Shown here one piece after another: positions 17,248 to 24,391 of a DNA stretch of 64,000 bases. Under the pieces are notes generated by a model, which worked only from the letters and a program-made list of their open reading frames with translations, was not told the DNA's origin and ran no database searches. The DNA comes from Candidatus Enterousia sp. (lineage in GTDB: Bacteria; Pseudomonadota; Alphaproteobacteria; Rs-D84), in assembly GCA_045530935.1 (NCBI GenBank), contig JAZSDC010000004.1:3212-67211 (forward strand), in the 5' to 3' direction. Position 1 is the stretch's first letter. The number at the start of each line of letters is the position of its first letter. A program made the position numbers and the translations under genes.

Positions 17248-18071
17248 TTCCCGGTTGGAAATGTTATCCAGTTTTCTGGGATGATGTTTTGGGTTGAACG
17301 TTTGTGCTTGTTAAAATCTGTTATCCATGTTTCGGGCGAAAGTATAATCTTGTTGGGGTTTTGGCATAACCATGCGCCCCACCATGAAAATGAAGAATTC
17401 GCAACAATGTGATGTTTGCACATGCTTAACAGGTGCATGTCGTGTGATGCCGTGGGCAATGAACGATTTGATGTTATAAATGTGTGGGGATAATTTATTT
17501 TGATGTTTTCCGCAACCCAGCGCAACGAATCAGAAAATATATAGAAGTGTGGGTTCTGTATTTTTGATGCAATATATTCAATCGCAGATAAATAATACTT
17601 TGGGGTTAAAACACTTTTGGGAAATTCCAGTAAATAGTCGGTGCGACGTACATGTAATGATACGGAATTAGTGTTCTGGATGTATTGCGCAAATGTTGCA
17701 TTGTCGCCAATCAGCGGTAATTTAAATGAAAATATTTTTAATAAATCTGCGCGATATTTGTTGAAAATTTGTGGGTCCTGGAAATAGCCATTTAAAAAAG
17801 TAAATTGGTCAATGTGCATAAAGTCGCGAAACTGATTCCAGCCATCAGATTCATCAAATATGTAACGTTGGTCGGGGTGTGAAGTTATCTTGTTTTTTAT
17901 GTTAAAAGTTCTTGTCAATTCGTCTGTTTTTCCATGTAATACCAGGCGCCGATTGTGCAATTTCGCGTATGCATAGCCGGCTGCATATTGAAACATATTG
18001 TTACCTAATCCTGCGTGGATGTTGGTGCATATTGGGCGATTAAGTAATAATTTTGTAACGTTGATAGACAT
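17244..18071 (-). CDS. Glycosyltransferase family 11 (alpha-1,2-fucosyltransferase-like)
   Basis: GLGNNMFQYAAGYAYA, SLHVRRTDY, FYIFSDSLRWV and SSFSWWGAWL match the GT11 motif series as in FutC/WbsJ-type enzymes. Start 18071 avoids the upstream terminator. Confidence 0.8.
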   Translation of the reverse strand: MSINVTKLLLNRPICTNIHAGLGNNMFQYAAGYAYAKLHNRRLVLHGKTDELTRTFNIKNKITSHPDQRYIFDESDGWNQFRDFMHIDQFTFLNGYFQDPQIFNKYRADLLKIFSFKLPLIGDNATFAQYIQNTNSVSLHVRRTDYLLEFPKSVLTPKYYLSAIEYIASKIQNPHFYIFSDSLRWVAENIKINYPHTFITSNRSLPTASHDMHLLSMCKHHIVANSSFSWWGAWLCQNPNKIILSPETWITDFNKHKRSTQNIIPENWITFPTGN

Positions 18072-18105
18072 AAGGGTAACTGTATACGGTTTTATAGTTT
18101 GTGTC

Positions 18106-18130
18106 AAAAAAAAATCGCCATAATGGCGAT
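18106..18130 (-). terminator. Rho-independent terminator after the 105-aa gene
   Basis: Minus strand reads ATCGCCA-TTA-TGGCGAT, then T8. Confidence 0.65.
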
Positions 18131-18134
18131 TTTG

Positions 18135-18452
18135 TTAACGTAATCCTTGGGCGCGACAACATGCAGATGCAGCTGATTTCCAGTCGGAATACTGTTTGGC
18201 GGGGTTGCGCAAATCGCGCCATGGTTGCCATCCGCTGCAACGTTTTTGACTGCCTTGGCCGGTGCATTTTGCGTATCTGCGCAGATTGCATGTCTGGTTT
18301 GAAACACGGCCCGTATCGGTTGTGCATTTTATCACAACATTTTGATTCTTGGCATCGTTTTTGCCGATTTCTTTGGATGATATAACCTGGTATGCGTTGG
18401 CGGAAAACATTGTTGCACAGACAAGTGATAATGTAATAAATATTTTTTTCAT
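18135..18452 (-). CDS. Small secreted Cys-rich basic protein (105 aa)
   Basis: Signal peptide MKKIFITLSLVCATMFSANA. The mature part has 8 Cys. Confidence 0.6.
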   Translation of the reverse strand: MKKIFITLSLVCATMFSANAYQVISSKEIGKNDAKNQNVVIKCTTDTGRVSNQTCNLRRYAKCTGQGSQKRCSGWQPWRDLRNPAKQYSDWKSAASACCRAQGLR

Positions 18453-18514
18453 AAATTTCCCCCTGGTCTTGATGTTGATATTATATTGTACGATAACAGA
18501 AAAAACAATAAGAA

Positions 18515-19627
18515 TTAATGTTTATCTCGATATATTGGGTTTGTTGTTTCGGTGTGACATCCGTTTTCGCGCAGTAATTGTACGCGTTTTTCCCAGCCGT
18601 CAAGATATATTGCGTATGTCTTTATTTGTCCATTTTGGTCGTATTGCACGTCGCCATTGTTATTTCGTATCGGTTCCCGTGCCAGCCTTTTATAGAATTC
18701 TAGTTCATAATCTAGATATTTTTGATGTATGTCATCTGGGTAATTAAGAACCGCTGTGACCACGTTGTTGTCTATTTTGATTGGTTTTTCTGTAAGTTTA
18801 AGAAAGCGTCTAAATCGTTTTATGGCGCCGGGGCCACCGTTATAGGTTTGTAAAAATACATTACCGCGTGAATTGTCGGGTAATGTGTTTATGGCATAGT
18901 TTGCGTAGTATCTTTCATGTGCAATTTCTTCTACGTCTGCACGGGTCAGGTTTGCTATATCGATGTCTGGATTACTTTCTTGGCGGATTCCGTATTTAGA
19001 AGGACTGCCTACGTCATTTGGGTTATAGTCACCTTCGACACGGAACAGTGTTATCAGTGCTTTTTCGAATGCTGGATCTGATTGTTCATACCTGCCAGTG
19101 GTGAATATTTTGTTTGGGAAAAAATTGCTGTGCTGTGGTGGTGTACATGTTTTTCCAAATTGGTCATCGCGTTGTGTTGTGGACGCAATTGGTTGTGTTG
19201 TTTCAGTATCAGTAATTTCAGTATCAGTAATTGTTTGTGACGTGCCGACAATTGGTTGTGTTGTTTCAGTATCAGTAATTGTTTGTGATGTGCCGGCTGG
19301 TTGTGGTGGACATAATTCCGTATCCCGTGGATATTTATTACAATATTGTTCGCGTGATAGATTTTGCAGGTCGTTTTGGCGTTCTGATTCTGCCTGGGCA
19401 ATGACTGCGTTTGCATATTCTATGTCTTGGATATCAATTTGGACATATGCACTGGTGTTTATAAATGGTTTATAACCATCAGATGCGTTTCGTGCGCGTT
19501 CTAAGAAAGTTAAATCAGACTCGGTTTTTGGAAATTGGGTTGGGGACAACAAAGAGTTTGCAGCATGAACATTTGTTAATGTCATGCTACAAAAGATAAA
19601 GCTGATAATGATATATCGTTTATTCAT
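18515..19627 (-). CDS. Secreted GH108-like N-acetylmuramidase with PG_binding_3-like C-terminus and an N-terminal T/D-rich repeat
   Basis: Signal peptide MNKRYIIISFIFCSMTLTNVHA. LFRVEGDYNPNDVGSPSKYGI resembles the GH108 EGGY..DP.D.GG.T.YGI motif. The C-terminus has FYKRLA...YLDGWEKRV (GW..R-type). ATG at 19627 overlaps the upstream stop (ATGAATAA). Confidence 0.7.
   Translation of the reverse strand: MNKRYIIISFIFCSMTLTNVHAANSLLSPTQFPKTESDLTFLERARNASDGYKPFINTSAYVQIDIQDIEYANAVIAQAESERQNDLQNLSREQYCNKYPRDTELCPPQPAGTSQTITDTETTQPIVGTSQTITDTEITDTETTQPIASTTQRDDQFGKTCTPPQHSNFFPNKIFTTGRYEQSDPAFEKALITLFRVEGDYNPNDVGSPSKYGIRQESNPDIDIANLTRADVEEIAHERYYANYAINTLPDNSRGNVFLQTYNGGPGAIKRFRRFLKLTEKPIKIDNNVVTAVLNYPDDIHQKYLDYELEFYKRLAREPIRNNNGDVQYDQNGQIKTYAIYLDGWEKRVQLLRENGCHTETTNPIYRDKH
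19186..19296. repeat. In-frame tandem repeat (63 + 48 bp) inside the GH108-like gene
   Basis: CAATTGGTTGTGTTGTTTCAGTATCAGTAATT...GTGCCG occurs twice. Copy 1 carries an extra internal 15-bp duplication. The repeat encodes GTSQTITDTE(ITDTE)TTQPI. Confidence 0.9.
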
Positions 19628-21497
19628 TTGTTGTCCACGGTATGTCATTCATAAACAACAAATACAATTCTTGGTGTGGTGTTCCAGGATTTCTTATTAT
19701 TGGTCGAACGACGTATATATCAACATTGCATGGGCTGTTTGTATGATTTTGGTGTTCTGACAATTCTTCATAAAATTTCGCCGCAAAATCCATTGCTTGC
19801 AGATATGCAGCATCGTCGTCAGATTGGTTAACGGAATCACCCATCCACATTAACCACATCCCATGATTTACAACGTTTTCTTGTTCGGGGATGTCGTCAG
19901 CAGACAGCAACAGGAATGGTTTAAAGTCTATGCCGTTTGTATAGTCCGAGCTGCTGGTAGAGGTCCAATCGTACATATCGCCCACGAATTTAATTGCGCC
20001 ATATGCAAGACCTGCGGTTGAGCCTACTTTTCCAATTTGACCGACGTGACGCATTGTTGATTGGAATAAAAATCCCTTGATCTTTCCAGATAATGTTGCG
20101 GCACGTCCCAATTTTGAGCCACGACGTATCAGGCGACCGCCTGAGTAGATTGATTTTAGTGCCTTGAATGCACGTGCGCCACGAACAAGTACGTTTCCGC
20201 GACGGGCAACGCGTGTTAAGCGTAACGAATTACGATATGCGCTAAGTTCGCGAAATGTTTTGGCTTGTTTTTTGTACTTTCTGACGTCTTTGCCGTATTT
20301 GCTGCTGCGTTCCAGCCCTTTCATTGTTTTTTTTGCGTTTGTTAACTGTTCTTTTAGTTGTTTGACACGGTTTAAATCTTTTGCTCTTTTTGCTGTTTTT
20401 AGTTCTTTATTTAATTTTGCGGCGCGTCGTGTCACTTTGATGTATGTTTTTACGTGTTTTGTTTGGCGTGCAACGCGCATTGATTTCGACAGACCGTGTA
20501 ATGCCTTGGCGGCGCGTGCAACTTTTGTTGTAGCGGTTAGCGCAGCCCATCCCCCAAATGTAAAAATGGTTAAGATGACGTCAACCGTGACTTCTAGCCA
20601 TGTAATCCATTGCAGGTTGGTGTCGCCGGCAACATAATAATCGTTTGGGTCATCTTCGCCTTTCTGGGATTTGTAATCCACGGTTTTTGTTACGGCCCGG
20701 TTTATAGAGTAATGATCATATGCGTTTGCGCCCTTGTCGGTACAACCATCGGTGTCTGGGTACAGGCTGTCAATATTGTCTTCTATATATTTTGCAGATA
20801 CAACATTGTTTTTTCCAGGACCAACAAAGTGGGATAATTTACCTGATTGAACCACTGCAATCCCATACCAAGCAGGAATTGTATTTACCCAAACGCTGTC
20901 TGTGTTTTCATCAATCAAAGGATTTGGGTCGTTGGAAGATACGCCGCGTTTGGTTGCCAATAACAATTTTTGGCGTAATACCTTGGGTTGTGTTTCGTAG
21001 TATATTGTCAATTCACGTGTATCGTCGGGGAAAGAATATTTGACAGGCGTGAATTTTATTATTTCATTTTCTTCAGCCGAGGTAATTTCAGGGCACTCCA
21101 GAATTCGGGTAAGGATTTCTGGGTCTGCAAAAATCAGTTCAACCCATTGGCGCACCGTACTTTCTTCGGACATTTCTGATAATTCGTTTTCGATTGCTTC
21201 TGTTTCTGCGATTACATCGTCTATATCGGATTCTGCGTATGCGTCGTTTGATGATGTGTCTTCGTAATATGAACCCGCGTCATTGGAATAATCGACAGAT
21301 TCGTCAGATACGGATTCTTTTGGTCCCTTTTCTATCAGTGCCTCGGCCAGTATTTTTGATGCACATGGCGTTGTGTCCGCGACGCGCATATTTCGTAAAT
21401 CTTTATACGTTATAATATTGTCATTGGTTGCAGATGCAAAAGCGCCTGATATTGCACATGTGGTTGCGATTAATGTTAATAATAGTATTTTTTTCAT
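19620..21497 (-). CDS. Hypothetical envelope protein: signal peptide, acidic domain, TM segment, ~200-aa K/R-rich region
   Basis: Signal peptide MKKILLLTLIATTCAISGAFA, a D/E/S-rich N-terminal part, the hydrophobic segment WLEVTVDVILTIFTFGGWAALTA, then an extremely basic stretch (ARAAKALHGLSKSMRVARQTKHVKTYIKVTRRAAKLNKELK...). Confidence 0.65.
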   Translation of the reverse strand: MKKILLLTLIATTCAISGAFASATNDNIITYKDLRNMRVADTTPCASKILAEALIEKGPKESVSDESVDYSNDAGSYYEDTSSNDAYAESDIDDVIAETEAIENELSEMSEESTVRQWVELIFADPEILTRILECPEITSAEENEIIKFTPVKYSFPDDTRELTIYYETQPKVLRQKLLLATKRGVSSNDPNPLIDENTDSVWVNTIPAWYGIAVVQSGKLSHFVGPGKNNVVSAKYIEDNIDSLYPDTDGCTDKGANAYDHYSINRAVTKTVDYKSQKGEDDPNDYYVAGDTNLQWITWLEVTVDVILTIFTFGGWAALTATTKVARAAKALHGLSKSMRVARQTKHVKTYIKVTRRAAKLNKELKTAKRAKDLNRVKQLKEQLTNAKKTMKGLERSSKYGKDVRKYKKQAKTFRELSAYRNSLRLTRVARRGNVLVRGARAFKALKSIYSGGRLIRRGSKLGRAATLSGKIKGFLFQSTMRHVGQIGKVGSTAGLAYGAIKFVGDMYDWTSTSSSDYTNGIDFKPFLLLSADDIPEQENVVNHGMWLMWMGDSVNQSDDDAAYLQAMDFAAKFYEELSEHQNHTNSPCNVDIYVVRPIIRNPGTPHQELYLLFMNDIPWTTNE

Positions 21498-21517
21498 TCG
21501 TTTTCTTCTTGTTGTTG

Positions 21518-23206
21518 TTATTGTTGTTCGTTTAGTTTTCTATTGATATCACTTATAAAACTTTCAAGATTTTCAATGCAATATGCACATGTTGGGGTTA
21601 TTGTGGTAGAGCAAATTGATTCCCTGATGATTGCCCTGGCAATATCTTCGGGGTTAGTATAACCCTTGTAGGCTGGGATCTCGGTTAATTTTTTGTTCAC
21701 AAGTGCGTTTCGTTGATCCGTGTGACTTGCGTTGCGATTTTTATCTGTATAGCCTTCAAGTAAAGTATAAAACACACAATAGTTTTTGCGCGCTTGTTCG
21801 GCACTAAGTATTTTGCTTTCGACAGAAAGCAGGTATATAGGCAGTGGGTCTGCATTTGCTATAAAGTATATGTCTGCCAGGGTTGTTATGCTTTTTCCTT
21901 CGTGTTTATAGAGTGCAATATACCTTTCGAAACGACTGATGCAATTGCTGGTGATCCAATCTTTATGGTTTTGTGTTTTATTGGCACATAGTTGATCTGT
22001 TAGTTTCGGGTGACGAGAAACGGGACAGTTTGGTTTATTGTAATAATCTTTGTCCATAATTTGATGTAGGTAGGATTGTCCATTATTATACTCTGGGTTG
22101 TATTCTGGAAGAAAATTGTAAAGTTGTCCATCCGCCCAACTAATATCTTGCAATTGGGTGTCCGCGATGTCACGCATAACATTTGGATTGTTGACCGATT
22201 CTTGTTCTGGTTCCGGTTCTTGTTGAACGACTGGTTCTTGGTCTTGGTTTTGGTTTTGCCCCTGGTCTTGCCCCTGGTCTTGGTTTTGGCCTTGCCCCTG
22301 GTTTGGGGTTGCTGGCGTTTCTGGCGTTTCTGGCGTTTCTGGTATTTCTGGTATTTCTGGTATTTCTAATGTTTCTGATGTTAACCGGTTATCTTGTTCG
22401 TTTTGGTTATTGATATTTTGTTGTGATTGTTGTTGTGTGTCGTTTCGCGTATCATTTTGATTGCGATAATTGTTGGTGTTCGAAACGACAGGCGTGTCCT
22501 CTTTTTTCTGTGGGAATTCTATTCTGAATTGTTGAAAAGCAACAGTGTTTTTGTATGGTGCGTATCCTTGTTTTTTTATCCCTACCTGGGTCGTAAATGG
22601 CAGGTCTGCAAATGTAACCGGAAAGGATGCTTTTGTTAGTTTGTGTGGATATTGGTTGTTTAGTGTTTGTAACTCTTGCAGTTCTTCAGCGCGTTGTTCC
22701 ATTTCGCGTTCCCAATTTTGGGTGTGTGTGGGAACGGTTGGAATGTGTGGTACAGAATCCTGTTGTGTAACGGGAGTGTTGTGTGCAGGCGATAATGATA
22801 TTGGATGATAATTTTTGGTGTATTTTATAAATTCAGAATCAATAAATCCAGCACATGCGGTGGCGTAATTTCCATCGGGGATTTTGGACAATTGCAACAT
22901 TATTGTTGGGCGGATGTCGGATAATGTTGTATAAATGCAGTTGTCCAATTTTGCGCATTCGGCTGCGATTAATGCAGGTATAATTTGTTGGCATTCTGAA
23001 TCTTCTATTTCGGGGCCAGTGGCATATACCGGTGTAGGCATGCGCAAATTATACGGTGAATCAGGTGTCCAAAACGGATTCGAAGAATAGTTTTGAACAG
23101 GCAGAATATTGCCGTACTGGGATAGTGGCGCAATTGCGTGCGCGCCAAAGCATGTCGCATAATATACGAAAAAAACGTAAAGCGAAAATGTTAGCTTGAC
23201 TCCCAT
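21518..23206 (-). CDS. Secreted hypothetical protein (562 aa) with Q/N/G and E-I/T-P repeat linker; N-domain paralog of 15770-16528
   Basis: Signal peptide MGVKLTFSLYVFFVYYATCFGAHA. Shares the N-domain NYSSNPFWTPDSPYNLRMPTPVYATGPE. Low-complexity EIPEIPEIPETPETPETP and GQGQNQDQGQDQGQNQNQDQ tracts, then a Cys-containing C-terminal domain. Confidence 0.7.
   Translation of the reverse strand: MGVKLTFSLYVFFVYYATCFGAHAIAPLSQYGNILPVQNYSSNPFWTPDSPYNLRMPTPVYATGPEIEDSECQQIIPALIAAECAKLDNCIYTTLSDIRPTIMLQLSKIPDGNYATACAGFIDSEFIKYTKNYHPISLSPAHNTPVTQQDSVPHIPTVPTHTQNWEREMEQRAEELQELQTLNNQYPHKLTKASFPVTFADLPFTTQVGIKKQGYAPYKNTVAFQQFRIEFPQKKEDTPVVSNTNNYRNQNDTRNDTQQQSQQNINNQNEQDNRLTSETLEIPEIPEIPETPETPETPATPNQGQGQNQDQGQDQGQNQNQDQEPVVQQEPEPEQESVNNPNVMRDIADTQLQDISWADGQLYNFLPEYNPEYNNGQSYLHQIMDKDYYNKPNCPVSRHPKLTDQLCANKTQNHKDWITSNCISRFERYIALYKHEGKSITTLADIYFIANADPLPIYLLSVESKILSAEQARKNYCVFYTLLEGYTDKNRNASHTDQRNALVNKKLTEIPAYKGYTNPEDIARAIIRESICSTTITPTCAYCIENLESFISDINRKLNEQQ
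22312..22374. repeat. 9-bp in-frame microsatellite (7 units)
   Basis: CTGGCGTTT x3, CTGGTATTT x3, then a degenerate CTAATGTTT. Encodes the (E-T/I-P)n tract on the minus strand. Confidence 0.9.
23019..23098. repeat. 80-bp segment identical to 16341-16420
   Basis: Read directly from both loci. Confidence 0.95.
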
Positions 23207-23227
23207 CCCTGTTGTCCCCGATACCTT

Positions 23228-23698
23228 TTATTGTACCAGAAAGTATAGTCGGATGAAAGATAAAAGTCCACCAAATAAAAAGAATGGTGCGAACGGGATA
23301 TAGCGCTGGTGTTTGATGCATGCCCACAATGCCCCGCTTAGACAGGCGATAATCAAGGCGATTGATAGACCGTATGTCCCCAGCCATAATCCCCCAACCC
23401 CAATCAATTTTATGTCGCCCATACCAATTGCAGGTGGACAGGACCGGTTCGCTTGTTGAAAATGTGCAAATAAAATGCCGATTAATGTTGCAACCGTGTA
23501 TCCAAATGTCGCACCAATAGTGGCCTGGGGAAATGTAATTGGGTGGTTGAAGTATGAAATCAGAATCAGTCCAACCAATAATAATGGAAATAAATATTTG
23601 TCTGGTATTATTCTGTGGGCAAAATCTTCAAGACTGATGCGGATGGACAAGTATGCCGCAATAAGCAGCAGTAAAATAAAAAATGTGTAATAAATCAT
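23228..23698 (-). CDS. A24 family prepilin peptidase (CpaA-like, short form)
   Basis: 156-aa polytopic protein with the two catalytic Asp contexts (RIIPDKYLFP and GMGDIKLIG). Confidence 0.8.
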   Translation of the reverse strand: MIYYTFFILLLLIAAYLSIRISLEDFAHRIIPDKYLFPLLLVGLILISYFNHPITFPQATIGATFGYTVATLIGILFAHFQQANRSCPPAIGMGDIKLIGVGGLWLGTYGLSIALIIACLSGALWACIKHQRYIPFAPFFLFGGLLSFIRLYFLVQ

Positions 23699-23771
23699 GT
23701 TTTTCCCCCTTGCCTTTCGAATCGTTTATGTGATACACTATCATTATAATGTATAACAAGGGTTTTGTAAA

Positions 23772-24371
23772 ATGAGCAAGGGCTGGGATAATATTGCGTT
23801 AAAAAAGTTAAAAGCCTTGACCGGCAAAGGGTTGTCTACATCTGAAATTGGTAAACGTTTGGGGATGTCAAAAAATGCCATTGTTGGCAAGTTGAATCGT
23901 CTGGGCTGGAATGCCAAGGCTGGTGGGGCGGCGGCGATAAAAAAACAAGAAAAAAAGATAGATGCAGCAGATGTGGAAAAGTCTGTGAAAAAGGCGCCAG
24001 TATCTAAGAAAGTTGCGCCCAAGACAAAAAAAGAGCTTGTCGTAAAGCCAGTGAAAGAGTCTGTGAAAAAAACAACTGTAAAAAAACAGAATGCCAAGGT
24101 CGCAGAAAAAGAAAAAAAAGAACCTGTAAAGAAAGCAAGTCCCAAGACTGCAGATAGTAAAACATCTGCAAAAAATTTGGCAATGCATCAGCGTATAATT
24201 CAGCATTCGTTGGAAATGGCGAACTTGAAACCGAATCAGTGTCGCTGGCCAATCGGTGACCCAGATTCAGAACATTTTCATTTCTGTGGAGAGACGGTTT
24301 TTGTAGGAAAGCCATATTGTTATGAACATTGCAAGCAGGCTTACCAATTTGCGCCACCAAAGAAGAAATAA
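23772..24371 (+). CDS. gcrA: GcrA cell-cycle regulator
   Basis: N-terminus W....LK.L...[27 protein letters not shown]. Basic K-rich linker. C-terminus CRWPIGDP....FHFCG......[12 protein letters not shown]. Confidence 0.9.
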   Translation: MSKGWDNIALKKLKALTGKGLSTSEIGKRLGMSKNAIVGKLNRLGWNAKAGGAAAIKKQEKKIDAADVEKSVKKAPVSKKVAPKTKKELVVKPVKESVKKTTVKKQNAKVAEKEKKEPVKKASPKTADSKTSAKNLAMHQRIIQHSLEMANLKPNQCRWPIGDPDSEHFHFCGETVFVGKPYCYEHCKQAYQFAPPKKK

Positions 24372-24391
24372 TAATTACCTGGGGATGCGTT

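Noticed and set aside
14800-23760. Classical integrative island at the tRNA cluster (integrase plus att direct repeat)
   Set aside because: No integrase or recombinase ORF is present, and I could not find a repeat of the tRNA-Val 3' end at 16.5, 18.1, 23.2 or 23.7 kb. The block is reported only as tRNA-adjacent accessory-looking DNA.
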